Positions 43,600-54,472 are shown, counted from the stretch's first letter. The stretch is DNA of 64,000 nucleotides from Anaeromyxobacter sp. (GCA_049840735.1 JASGJN010000017.1:320001-384000); one strand, 5' to 3'. Made by a program: numbers and translations. Notes: generated from the sequence alone by a model not told the origin.

Positions 43600-44108
43600 C
43601 AGCGAACGAGATCGGCACGCTCACCGTCCCGCCGCCGCTCCCGGTGGCGGGTGAGCAGGTGTCGCCGGGCTGACCGGGCCGCCCCTGGCGCTCGCGCGTG
43701 GTTCGCGTCCACGCACCCAGCTTGCCGCCTCGGCCTACCCGCCGCCAGACGGGGTTCGTGCAGCGGTTACTGATCTCCTGCTCCTCGGCCTGCCTCTCTT
43801 TGCGCGAGTACGCCGTTCTTGGGGGTGGGGCCTCGCCGGCTCCACCCCTTCTCTCTTTGCGCGGGCGGATGATCACCGAGGAGGATCGCGGCGTCGATCA
43901 TCGGCGATCAGAAATCGGCGCGGCGGACGGGCGAGGCGCGCTCGCTCCACGAAACGGACCCAGATCTCGGCGCGCACAGGATCTTCAAGCGCCGCAGGCG
44001 CGAGACCGGCGGCGCGAAGGGTCAGCGGGAATCAGGTCTAGGCCCGCCCGCGGCCTGAATATCCGAAAGTGTAATGTAGGATGACGCGACCCCTACCCCA
44101 CTACCCCA
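43600..44108 (+). mobile_element. IS66 end (to 43770) + ISAs1 left end (43771-44040) + junction-repeat copy 8 (44041-44108)
   Basis: Inverse match to 38859-39025 ending in ...cagcggttac, followed by the same unit as at 38274-38575. Confidence 0.85.
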
Positions 44109-44417
44109 CACGAACACTCGCGAGACACAAACTGCCGACATAGCCGGGCGCTTTCGCCAGCCGGCGGGGATGATTTCGGCCGAGGATCAGGTCACCCGCT
44201 TCGACTGGGCGAGGTGCCCCGACCTTGCAGGACGCCTAAAGACTTGCTCGTGCTCATGGCGGCGGAAGGCCGGGAACATGCCCTCGGCAGAATCGAGTGG
44301 GCTACGAATACAACGTGCCTGGAGTAGCTACCGCCCGCGTTCGAGGCTCGGCTTGAAGAGTAGTTCGCAGACGCCTGTCGACCGCCCTCCCGACATCCGA
44401 ACCGGATTCGAATCCGT

Positions 44418-45059
44418 TCAGGATCCACTCCGCAAGCCAAAAAGCCACACATTGAGCGCAGCCTCCTGTCCATCGAAGTCCTCGGTCAACACAAGCAATG
44501 CTCGCTGTCCCAACATATGGATTCCGCAGAAGCATGCATCATCCGAGACCGCAACATCCTGCGACACCCAACGCCTCCCATTGTCCGACACCACAACTGC
44601 CACACGAAGAGCATAGCTACCAATCGTGTTCGACGTCGCATAAACGACCAAAGCCTCCCGCTCACCGCGCGTACGAACAGACTTAATGCGCCCCCCGCGA
44701 GGCAGGATGGCCGCCAGCTCGGCTTCTTCACCAGAGTGATCAACTGCGTTCCCGAAATCACAACGAGGAGGCGGGAGCGCTGAGCCGCGAGGCAAGTGGT
44801 GATCGAAGTCCTTCAGCCACTCACCATTTCTCCACCGGATCGAAATAACGCTGCCGTGAGGCCTACCGGCCTCTTTTGCCGAATTACGCCAAAACGCCAC
44901 CGTACCTGCGTACAGCGTCACCGCCTCGCCACTCAACGCGACAGAAGCATTTCCTCCGGACAACACGATCGGAGGCTGCAGCGGCCCCTGGTCTGCCAAG
45001 ACCACGTCACCACACACGAGACAGAGAACCGCAAAGGCGACTCTCCGAGCGCCATTCAC
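44418..45059 (-). CDS. Exported hypothetical protein; probable periplasmic immunity protein
   Basis: Signal peptide MNGARRVAFAVLCLVCGDVVLA; GTG overlaps the stop of the upstream toxin fragment (GTGA); lower GC. Confidence 0.65.
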   Translation of the reverse strand: MNGARRVAFAVLCLVCGDVVLADQGPLQPPIVLSGGNASVALSGEAVTLYAGTVAFWRNSAKEAGRPHGSVISIRWRNGEWLKDFDHHLPRGSALPPPRCDFGNAVDHSGEEAELAAILPRGGRIKSVRTRGEREALVVYATSNTIGSYALRVAVVVSDNGRRWVSQDVAVSDDACFCGIHMLGQRALLVLTEDFDGQEAALNVWLFGLRSGS

Positions 45060-45602
45060 ACTGCGCCCCCCTTCGTCTTCATTGCCGACCGAATCACTTC
45101 AGTCCTGTACCAATGCAAGAAATGGTAGTCGCGATTATCGTTGTAGCCACCCTCTCTTCGGCCCATGCGATAGTCATACTTATTGCCCGGCGGCTTCTCC
45201 CCCACACCACCACAATCCCCCTTCTCGAGAACCCTGTTCGCCTGGGTGCATGCGCCTCATATCGGGTATCGGGCCCGGCTATTTGAACCAGCGTTATATC
45301 CGGAACACGTCCGTTGCGCTATCGTTTCGGCCGAAGCCCCGGCATATCCGCGATCGCTTGACGGTACGCGCGCACAACCATGGCTACCCCAAAATCCACA
45401 TTCCTTTCCCAGTTTCCCTCAACATCGGCCGCCACCGGCGTGAACAGTTTGCCGTTGGGGGCCACGATATTGTATTTCGCCAACGCATCCTTGTCAACGA
45501 GCCCCGGGGGCGGCAGATTGCGACTATTTACCTGCATAACACCCCGATCGATTGACGCCACCCTATACTTTACATTGCCCCAGAGTTCGTACGTAGCTGG
45601 TC
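45056..45602 (-). pseudogene. Orphan lytic transglycosylase/lysozyme-like toxin tip, 5'-truncated and frameshifted
   Basis: SIDRGVMQVNS (GLMQ-like), NVDFGVAMV, and after a shift near 45338 SGYNAG. Confidence 0.6.
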
Positions 45603-45604
45603 AG

Positions 45605-48099
45605 TCACTTGAGCACCCAGCGTAGGCGGCGGCGGTCTGGATCGCCTGGCAGGGAGAGGCGCATGCGGGTAACATCGCGGAGGAAGACGCGGAGCGCGTC
45701 GCGCTCGGAGTCGTTGGCCGCCGGCATGAGCGTCACGGTGGCCGCCCTCGGGGAGATGCGAACGGTACCCGGTGCGCTGAACAGGGTGCGCTGAACAGGG
45801 TGGCGAGCAGCTTCTTCACCTCGCGGGGCCGGGTTGAGCTCTGGCGCGGGCTTCACCGCGAGGTCGGCTTCCGCGTTGGCCAGGGCGATTGCGCAGCGTG
45901 TCCAGGACCGTTCTTGTAGCCCTGGTCGTGGCGGCGGAGCTTGCCGGCCGGCGGCGTGTCGCTCACCTTCGCCACGCCTGGGCACGCTGGCGCGCTGCGG
46001 CCATCAGGTCCCGCTGGCCGGTCCATGTGGCCCGGTCGGCGTCCTGCCTCGCGTGGCCGCGCTCCGGATCGTCCTCGGGCGCCCGGACCCACCGCCGGCC
46101 ACGCCTCGCCTTCGGCGGTGTGCGAGAGCTTGAGGAGCCGATCGAGCCGACGCCGCGCCGGGTTTGGGGGATCAGCGTGTCCGTCGGCGGATACTCCTCC
46201 ACCCTGCGGCCATCGAGGTGGTTGATGCCCCACCGCTCGACTTCGTACTTGGAAGCTGGCTCTCCCTGCCGACCCCAGCGCGCCACCAGGCCGCGGATGA
46301 GGGTCGCTGCCGGGAGCTCGGAGACGGCGAGCACGTTCACCTGCGCCCCGTCCTCGGTGAGCATCGCGATGCGCCGCACCCGGCCACGCTCGCGACCCAG
46401 GTTCTTCTGCGGCGCCTCCACGTAGGAGATCCGGATCGGGCGCCGCGGGTCGCTGGCCAGCGTGATGGTGAGCGACTCCCGGGAACTCGGTGGGCGCCGA
46501 TCTCGCGAGTACGGCTTCCGCTCGTAGGTGACGAACTCGGCCCCTGCGTCGCGCAGCCCCGCCCATCATGTCCGGGTAGGAACCGCCGCGTGTCGAACAC
46601 CAGCGCCGGCTTCACCTCCTCGCCCAGCGCCAGGTCCGCGAAACTCCACCACCGGCATGAGCCACGCGCAGAGCGAGTCGTGCGAGGTGGTCGAGCAGCC
46701 GGAACAGCGCGGCAGCCCTCCTCGTCGTGCACGTAGTAGTCCGTCGTCCCCCGGCACCGCGCACTTGTCCTGCATCCGCCAGCCCTTGCGGATGACGTGC
46801 TTCCCCGTGTACGGCCGCAGGTGGTTGTCCACGTACAGCCAGACCCGGTCCTCGCCCTCGCCAGTCCGGGCCAAGAGGCGCGTCGCCATGAGCCCAGGGA
46901 ACGTCTCGTTTGCAGAGATCGGCGAAGTCGTGCAGCACCCTCCGCGCCCAGCTCGCCGAGAGGCCGTCGGCGGTGGCGCAGCAGCGTGCCCACGCTCGGC
47001 GTCTCCAGCCGCCGGATGCCCTCGACCGAGCCCTCTCCCAGCGCCAGCGAGATGGCGAACGGCGTCGAGCGCCGGCCGCAGCGAGGTCAGCGGCACGTCC
47101 CCTCGCTCTCCCGCCGCCACGTCGTAGAACCCCATCCGCTCCAGCATGCCGAGCAGGAGCCACGACCCGACGTGCTGCACCACCGCGCCGCGGGCAGGCG
47201 CCACCGCCTCCAGCGTCGGCTCCGCGGCCTCCGCCTCCGACTCCTCCGGCACCGCGGCCGGCGCAGGCGCGGCAGCGCTCGCCGCCTCGTCCCGCGCCGT
47301 CTCTGCCACGCACCCGCCGAACGCGAGCGCCGACTGGCTCGCCGCCGGCTCAGGGACCACCGAAAGCATCCCCTTCCCCAAGGCGCTGCCCGCTGCCAGT
47401 CCTGCGTGAACCGCGTACACCGTGCCGTAGCTCGCCTTCTTCGCCATCGCCTGGTGCGCCCGCGCGCGCCCCAAGCCCTTTATCGAACAAGCTCCCCCAG
47501 CCGCTTCTCCAGCGCTGGCGTCCGAGACCCGCCTCCCGCCGTGCCTCCCGTGGTCGGCCACCGCGCGTAGCCCGCCTTCGTTGAACCGCGTGACCACCCG
47601 GCCCACCGTCGCCGGCGACACCCGGAACGCCCGCGCCAGCTCCTCTCGCTCGGCCTGATCCCTCACCACCGCGATGAAGACGTCCCGGGTCCCCACGTCC
47701 TCCGCGGCGTACACGCCCAGGAGCTCGCCGCGCACGAACACCGCGTAGGTGCCGTCGTCATGCTGCTCGACGCACCCGCCTCGACCGAACCAGATCCGCC
47801 TCGGCTCCGTCTCCGACCACGCCCGCCAGCATCGCACCGCTCGCCGTCGCGATCATCGACTACCATCGTCCCGCCGACGGCCCTTCGCCCATAGCTCCGG
47901 GCTTGTCCCATCCCCACCTGGATCTTCGGGCCGTTCATCCCCGCCGAATCCCGCTCACGCGAGTTGACTGTGCGTCGCTCGCGCAACCCCGCGGAACTCG
48001 ATCGGTCTGCTCGGGCGGGACACGGCCAGGTCCGAACTCTGGCGCCCAGCCTGCCTCCCCGCCGCCCCTGTCGCCAGACGGGGTTCGTGCAGCGGTTAC
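45605..48099 (-). mobile_element. Degraded large putative transposase element with a GTAACC-type end
   Basis: HTH (FRVSPATVGRVV), LYVDNHLRPYTGKHVIRKGWRMQDK, RWG.Q..FKYEVERWGINHLD-like pieces across frames; end at 48099. Confidence 0.65.
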
Positions 48100-48602
48100 C
48101 CACCTTCGCCACGCGGATCCGCGCCGGCGATTTGCCGCCGTGCCTCAGCCGATGCGACCAGTGCCGCAGGCCGCCCGCCGTGAACCCCTTGCCCTCGCAG
48201 AACCGGGGGGAGCTGAGCCCGCTCGCCCTCCACTCTGCCACCCGCTTCGCCCAGATCTCCCGACTCGACATGCCGGCCAGTGTGCGGTGGGCCGCCCCGC
48301 GCCGCTAACCGGGGTCCGTGCAGCGGTTACTGATCTCCTGCCTCTCGGCCTCCTTCTCGTTTGCGCGAGTTCGGCCGTTCTGGGGGTGGGGCCCGCAAGC
48401 TCCACCCCTTCTTCATTTGCGCGGGGCGGATGATCGCCGAGGAGGATCGCGGCGTCGATCTTCGGCGATCAGAAATCGCCGTCATCAGCGGGCAGGGCGC
48501 GCCCTCACCACGAAACCGACCCCGAAACTCGGCGCGTGTCGGATCTTCAAGCGCCCCAGGCAGGAGCGCGGTGGCGCGAGAGGTCAGCGGGAATCAGGTC
48601 TG
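48100..48602 (-). mobile_element. IS66 left end/tnpA fragment (48100-48330) abutting an ISAs1-type left end (48331-48602)
   Basis: Inverse copy of 37106-37335; ends gtcagcgggaatcaggtctg. Confidence 0.8.
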
Positions 48603-48628
48603 CCCCGCAGAACCCGCCGCGCGACAGA

Positions 48629-51600
48629 TCAGTGCCCCGTCAGCGCGCGCAAGGGCAGCCAGGTTCCAGGCGTGCCTGCGCGAGTACACTTCCAGCCCGT
48701 AATCACATACTTCTCAAGAATAGCCCCCAACTCCACGGGGACGCCGTTCTCGATGGTGTCACCCACGTTGCACCTGATCTTTCCAGCGAACGCCACGTCG
48801 GGACTCGCATCAACACCCGCATCCAAGTACCGAAACCCGACCGGCAACGCGGGCGATTGATTTATGTAGCTCAAATACGATCCTGGCTCGATCCAATTGC
48901 CGCGCACTTGGTGCCCGACCGTACCTGACACGTTCAGCGCATACGGCACCGGAGAAGTCGCACTTCCAAGGAAAAAGTTCCCCTCAACAATGGCCGCCCC
49001 GTTGTCCACCAGCGACACATACCCATTGCGGATGGAGTTGCCCTTGAACACCAGCCCATAGCCACCGACGCGGATCTCCCGGCCAGCGGAGCTCAGATCG
49101 AAGCGGTTTCCTTCGAAGATGACGCCCGCCCGGGAATTCCAAGCCTGCGGCCCGAACGTGTTGGAGCACACATTGTTGGCGAAGACCAGTCCATCCTTGA
49201 GCCGGCCTCCCGCGTAATAGTCCCCAACGCAGTGACCGCCATTGACGAACACGTTGCCGGCGATCGTCACATGCTCGTTGTTCGCGTTGATCTCGCTCGT
49301 GAACAGAACGTGCTCGGTCAAATCGGTCGACGTGGATGCGTTTCCAGTAATAGTGATGTTCGATGCGTCACATATCTCCACGAACCTGCCCCCGCCCGTC
49401 TTGACATTGGCGGAGATGGTCGTGGGCCCGACATTACGCGTCGGCGTGATGCGAGACTGAACGCCAAGCGGGTTGATGAACCTGTTCCCCTCAACCACTG
49501 CGTTCGCCGTCCCGTCCGAAAGCGCAACATCTTCGCCAAACGTATGCCAGCTGCGGCCAGTGCCCTCGCAATGATTGCCGGCGAACCGAACCCCGTCAGC
49601 ATTCCGCGCAAGAATCGAGTAGTTCGCTACCCCCCCAAACTCATTGTCGTGAACATTGATGTTTCTATTGGCCGCACCATGGTAGGCATCCGCAAACACC
49701 GCGGTCCGAGGCGTGACAAACTTGCACCCCACGACCTCCACACCGACATTGCCCTCCAGCGCAAGCGGATACCAGTTCTCGGTCGGCAGATAGGTCGTTC
49801 CCCCGTGGGAGGTCTGGGTATTCGAGAGGCCAAACCCGAGGTTCTCGACCTTCACACTGCTGCAGCCGGAAAAGAAGAAGGCGACGCGCTCTTCCTCCAC
49901 CCCCTCCACCACGATATTGACCACCCCTTCGCCCCCAGACCCGATCCGCGCTGACGCGGGATGATCTTCGCCGGCATCTCGGCGCCGCTCTCGCAGCGGC
50001 GGGACGCAGGTCGCCCAGCGGCGTCGGCCGCGGGACGGGTCAGGTTGTCAGCGCGCAATGAAGAAGGGGCGGCCTGCGGGCCGGTGATTCAGGTGACGGC
50101 GGCGGGCCCGTGCTGATCGGCGACCCGGGTGACGAGCAGCGCGTCGCGGAGGGTCTCCGCGGCGCGGGCCCAGGCGATGGGGCTGCCGTCCTTGCGAGGC
50201 GCCAGGGCCCGCCAGGAGCTCAGCGCGTTGTAGCCGATGATCCGCAGCCAGCTGACAGTCTCGATGGCGGCGCGGTTCGCCTGGCAGGGGTGGCCATCGT
50301 CCTCGCCCAGCACCACGTCCAGGGTCCAGTGGCAGCGGTTCTCGATGCCCCAGTGCAGACGGACGAGCGCCAGCTCCTGGTTGTGGGTCAGGTTCCCAGC
50401 CGGGATCGAGGTGACGAAGTACCGCTGCTCGACCGCCACGATCTCGCCGCGCCGGTCGGTCGTGGTCTGGCAGACGTACCAGAGCTGCTGGGCGCCCTCC
50501 ATGACGACGGATGGGCTGCCGGCGACGTCGCGGACGTACAGCTCGCGCACGATGGTGTGGCCCCTGTACCGCTCGGCGGTCCGGGCGACCGGGTCACCAA
50601 TCGTGTACTCGCCGTGCTCGCGGGCGAAGGCGTGCAGGTACGGCTGGTTGCCCTTGAGGCCGAACAGGTACCAGCAGCCGAGCGAGCTCACGAGCTCCGC
50701 GTTCTCACGGGCGCAGAGACCGGCGTCGCCGGTGACGATGCGGAAATGCGCGCCCAGCGCGTCGTGGACCTTGGGGAGCAGTTCCCGGAACGCCGGGGAC
50801 TCGCCCTCCTTGGAGCCGATGATCCGCTGCCCTACGCAGGGACAGGCCGCGGACGAGGTCAGCGCGGCGCGGAGGGTGCCGAAGGTCTGCACCGACGAGC
50901 CCTCGGCGTCGTAGGCGGACTGCAGGGCGCCCGGCAGCTGCTCGCCGTCGACCCGGGACCAGGTCCCCTTGCCGTCGAAGCTCATCACGCCGACGGGGAA
51001 GCGGTCGTGCCTCACCACCTTGCGGGCGAAGAAGATCCTTCGCCTGCGCCAGGACCGTCTGCTCCAGGCCGGCAGGCGACTGCTGGGCGAGCAGGCGGTA
51101 GAGGGTGGTGTCGCATGGTTTCCCCACGACCGAGAGCCCCAGCGTTCGACGGGCGCCGAGGCCGAGGTCGGCGAAGAAGTCTTCGGCGCGACGCAGGCTC
51201 CGACAGCCCACGGAGAAGGCGGCGGCCAGGCCTCCCAGCAGGCCGAGGTGGTCGTGGACCACCCAGGCGTCCTCTCGAGGATCCTCGACCTCCCGGTCCC
51301 AGGGGATGTCGGCGTGCCGCAGGGCACGTCGGGCTTGTGCTTCGGTGATCGGCATGATCTTCTTCCTCTCGGCCTTCCTCACTTCATTACGCGCGAGGTT
51401 CCGGCCGTTCTTGGGGGGTGGGGGCCCGCGAAGCCTCCACCCCTCTTTCACTACGCGCGAACGGATGATCGCCGAGGAGGAACCCGGCGTCGATCTTGCC
51501 GATCAGGAGTTCGAGGCGATGGCGGGCGGAGCCGGCCCGAGCCACGAAACTCACCCTCGTCTCGGGGCGAAGTGGAGTCTCAAGCGCCCCAGGCGCGAGA

Positions 51601-52029
51601 ACCGCGAGGCGACGGGTCAGCGGGAATCAGGTCTGCCCCTTCGCCCCGCAGAATCAGATTCTTCTTCCCGCGAACCTGGACGATCGTCATTCTCCTTCCG
51701 TACGGGGCGCCCAGATCTTTGTAGTCAACCCAATGAGCATCGTACTCCCGGAAGGCAGCAGCATTGAGGCGATACGTTCCCGCCGGAAAGATGATGATGG
51801 CGTTATCCGGAGCCGCAGCAACAGCCGCCACGATTCCTCGGGTGTCGGCCGTTGCGTTTCCGACCCCTGATGCCCCAAAGTCCATGACATCAACTCGAGT
51901 GGCGAACCTGTCGGCAATGTACCGCGCGGTTGTCGAGCCGGTCGCCCGCGCCCAAGATTCAGACACGTCCCCGCTAACCGCCTGAGACAGTACCCATGCA
52001 CTCATCACCGCAGCAAACGTGGTCATCAC
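48629..52029 (-). pseudogene. Tailspike-like right-handed beta-helix (pectate-lyase-like) protein, ~562 aa, split by ISAs1
   Basis: N part: VDVMDFGA.G....DT.....A....IIFPAGTYRL. C part: Asn-ladder beta-helix repeats and GWKCTRAGTPGTW. Removing the IS and one target copy restores ...LILRGEGVVNIVVEG... in frame (1689 nt). Confidence 0.85.
49936..51635 (-). mobile_element. Complete ISAs1-family element; transposase 50089-51355 with an indel near 51030
   Basis: SFDGK, IVTGDAG, LKGNQP, RLHWGIENRCHWTLDVVLGED. IRs CAGACC(C/T)GAT(C/T)C(G/C)CGCTGAC; ccccttcgcccc repeated on both sides. Confidence 0.93.
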
Positions 52030-52111
52030 AGCCCCCAGATGAGATCAAAGCCGCATTCACATAATCGCCGGCATGCCATTTGCGCATGCCCGCCACAACG
52101 ACAATCTACAC

Positions 52112-52590
52112 TGTCGCCACCGGCGTCCAAGGGCACCGGTTCCACCGGTATCACCGGTGCCCATGAGCCCGCCCGGCGGGTCGGAGGCAGATCACGGCCC
52201 GGGCACCCGCGAGCGCGGCTGCTGCCTGGGCCCTCCAGGCCAGAGCAAAGACAGGCTGCTCGCGACTGAGCTGGGTAAGCCGCCGCTCAGCGACGACCTC
52301 GCGACCCTGCAGCAGATCATGAACCAAGACCTGGAGCGCGACCCCGGCGGCAGCGGGAAGATCCGCGAGGGCGTGGCCCCGGACCGCCGGGCCTCCTTTC
52401 AGCTGGTGTCCACCGAACCGGATCAAGCCCAACTCGCTCCCTGTAGCGCCCCGACGGTGGCGTTGGCGAGCGAGGCCACGCGCTTGGCGTGGAGGTCGCA
52501 GTCGAGGATCGAGGACACGAAGTCGTGCACGCGGTGGGGGCGAATGGCTTGGGTGCGCATGGGCCCCGCACCATGATTCCAGGTCCACCG
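52112..52590. mobile_element. Mosaic of IS scraps: TGTCGCCACCGG end, IS1182-like piece, IS4-like N-terminus
   Basis: QDLERDPGGSGKIREGVAPDRR (+); DLHAKRVASLANATVGAL (-); the same TGTCGCCACCGG end occurs at 42678 and, inverted, near 30122 and 30467. Confidence 0.5.
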
Positions 52591-52629
52591 ACCGTCTACA
52601 ACGGCGCCCATCCCATGACGGAGGGACGT

Positions 52630-52875
52630 TCAGGGCGTCCGAGGAACCGCGGCTACTGCGACGAGAGTATCAGAGCCACCGAGCACTCGGCGCTCCACGC
52701 GAACAAGCGTCCCCGGTGTGAACTCCCACTCCTCGTCGGCAGCGTCGTACCCTTCCGGCTCCAAGAGCAGTACCGCGTCCGCACCGACAGGCGTGGCGGG
52801 TGCGGGCCGGTAGACTTCGATCCCTTCGCCGAGAAGGCGCACGTAGACGCGCGTCGTATCAGTACTTGAATCCAT
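52630..52875 (-). CDS. Small immunity protein of the colicin E5-like RNase
   Basis: VYVRLLGEG..VYRP...E.WEF.PG; overlaps the toxin stop. Confidence 0.75.
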   Translation of the reverse strand: MDSSTDTTRVYVRLLGEGIEVYRPAPATPVGADAVLLLEPEGYDAADEEWEFTPGTLVRVERRVLGGSDTLVAVAAVPRTP

Positions 52876-53105
52876 CGCCGCCGGCATGGATGACCTCCTT
52901 GGTGACGTTGTCAACCACCACGGACCGCAACGTCTGCGGGTGCACGTACCTTGTGGCCGCGTTGCCGGGATTCACGAGATTCTCTGCGGCGAACGCCTGA
53001 CCGCTCCGCATCGCCTCGCCGATCTGCTCCGGCGTCCACCCCCGCTTCGTCATCTGGCTCGCCCACTTAGCATCCAACTTGAACGCACCGAGCTTCCAGT
53101 CAGGG
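52859..53105 (-). pseudogene. Orphan colicin E5-like ribonuclease toxin tip
   Basis: KW.SQM.KRGWT.EQI..A...N..N.ATRY.HP...SVVVDNVT.EVIH; no start codon, abuts the IS21 fragment. Confidence 0.8.
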
Positions 53106-53404
53106 ATGGGGGGATCGGTCAGAGTACAGGCAGTTCTGCGCGCGCTATCTGGAGTGGGCGCGGCCGCTCTCGGCAACGCTGCGGCAGGCCCACCACGCCG
53201 GCGAGAAGACCTTCATCGACTTCAGCGGCAGCGGCCTGGATGTCGTGGACCCGATCACCGGCGACCGGAGCAAGGCGGTGCTCTTCGTCGCGGTGCTGGG
53301 CGCGTCGAACCTGACCTACGCCGAGTCGGTGCTCCACCAGGACCTGCCGACGTGGGTGGGCTGCCACCCCCGGGCCTTCGAGTACTTCGGCGGCACCAGC
53401 GAGA
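53106..53404 (+). mobile_element. IS21-family istA internal fragment
   Basis: GEKTFIDFSG..DPITG..LFVAVLGASNLTYAE..W..CH.RAFEYFGG. Confidence 0.85.
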
Positions 53405-53406
53405 TC

Positions 53407-53487
53407 GGGTCAGCGGGAATCAGGTCTGGCCCGCCCGCGGCCTGAATATCCGAAAGTGTAATGTAGGATGACGCGACCCCTACCCCA
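53407..53487 (+). repeat. ISAs1 terminal 22 bp plus junction-repeat copy 9 (53429-53487)
   Basis: gggtcagcgggaatcaggtctg-gcccgcccgcggcctgaatatccgaaagtgtaatgtaggatgacgcgacccctacccca. Confidence 0.9.
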
Positions 53488-53649
53488 TACGTTCGGACGC
53501 TCTCGCTGCTGAACCAGGGCCTCTTTCACTACGCGGCGCTGCCGAGGATGAAGGAGGAGCGTGCCGAGGCGCTCATGGCGAAGTTCGGTGAGCTGCTCCG
53601 CGAACACCGGATCTTCCGGGAGGTCTTCGGCCTGATATGAGGGGATGGC

Positions 53650-53871
53650 TCAGGCGCGCCGCTTCAGCATGTGAAGCACCCGAAGCAACCCGCCGATGTG
53701 GCCACTGGTCGTGTCCTCATAGGTCTTCGGATGTAGGCGTCCTAACGCGTCCCGCATCGCGGCTGAATTCCATGCACTCGCCCACGGTCCGAACTCGCCG
53801 CGCGCGCTGGCAAGTGACAAGAGACGCCTAACAAGACGGTCCTGAACTTCCCCGTCAGAAGCGGAGGCCAT
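53650..53871 (-). CDS. Hypothetical second gene downstream of toxin 3; may extend to ~53490 through a frameshift
   Basis: ATG overlaps the end of the upstream ORF; lower GC. Confidence 0.4.
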   Translation of the reverse strand: MASASDGEVQDRLVRRLLSLASARGEFGPWASAWNSAAMRDALGRLHPKTYEDTTSGHIGGLLRVLHMLKRRA

Positions 53872-54472
53872 CCGCGCCGCCGCGAGCCGGATTCCTCTCG
53901 ATGGCGTCCCCCTCGCCGTCCGGATCCCACACGTCTACAACGTGAGCAAACCTGAGTTCAACAAACCGAACAAACGAAACGACCCCCTCAGACGTCGCGT
54001 AACGAAAACGCGCCAGCACAACCGAATTCCGCAACAGCATCTCTATGCGAGCCGCGACTCGCGTGGACGAGTTGGGCGGCGCCTCGCATGCCGCCTCAAT
54101 CAGTGTCCACCAGAGATTCTGCATTTCAAAGCCCCTTAGGGCCTCTTCAAAGAAGCGACGATACTGCTCCCCCATTTTCGACCAAGCCTCAAATCGAATA
54201 CGATCCCCGAGCCAAAGATGCCACACCTCCCCGCCTTCACGGGTCTCCAAGGCCCCATCATCAACGCACAACACATCCCCAGCAGAAACGGGCGAGAGCG
54301 GCGGCGGCGTAACCGCCCCCCCGCTCACCCAATCTCGGCTCCAAGCAGCGCCGGCAAGCTCACAGAGACGCAAGACGCCCTCAGAGCCACCCCGAAGAAA
54401 TGTCGGCAGCCTCAACTCCGCAACATCCGTCATGAGCACTCTCCACGCCCTAGCTTTCACCTCTAGTCTCAT
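53855..54472 (-). CDS. Probable cytoplasmic immunity protein of toxin 3
   Basis: Overlaps the toxin-3 stop; no signal peptide; lower GC. Confidence 0.65.
   Translation of the reverse strand: MRLEVKARAWRVLMTDVAELRLPTFLRGGSEGVLRLCELAGAAWSRDWVSGGAVTPPPLSPVSAGDVLCVDDGALETREGGEVWHLWLGDRIRFEAWSKMGEQYRRFFEEALRGFEMQNLWWTLIEAACEAPPNSSTRVAARIEMLLRNSVVLARFRYATSEGVVSFVRFVELRFAHVVDVWDPDGEGDAIERNPARGGADGLRF

Noticed and set aside
42720..43600. Short ORFs in mixed-GC scraps
   Set aside because: Fragments between IS pieces with no start/stop context or motifs, apart from the ISAs1 fragment
28874..53487. Junction repeat as a CRISPR array or integron attC sites
   Set aside because: Spacing is irregular and kb-scale; no RYYYAAC..GTTRRRY ends or long hairpin; no intI or cas gene in the window
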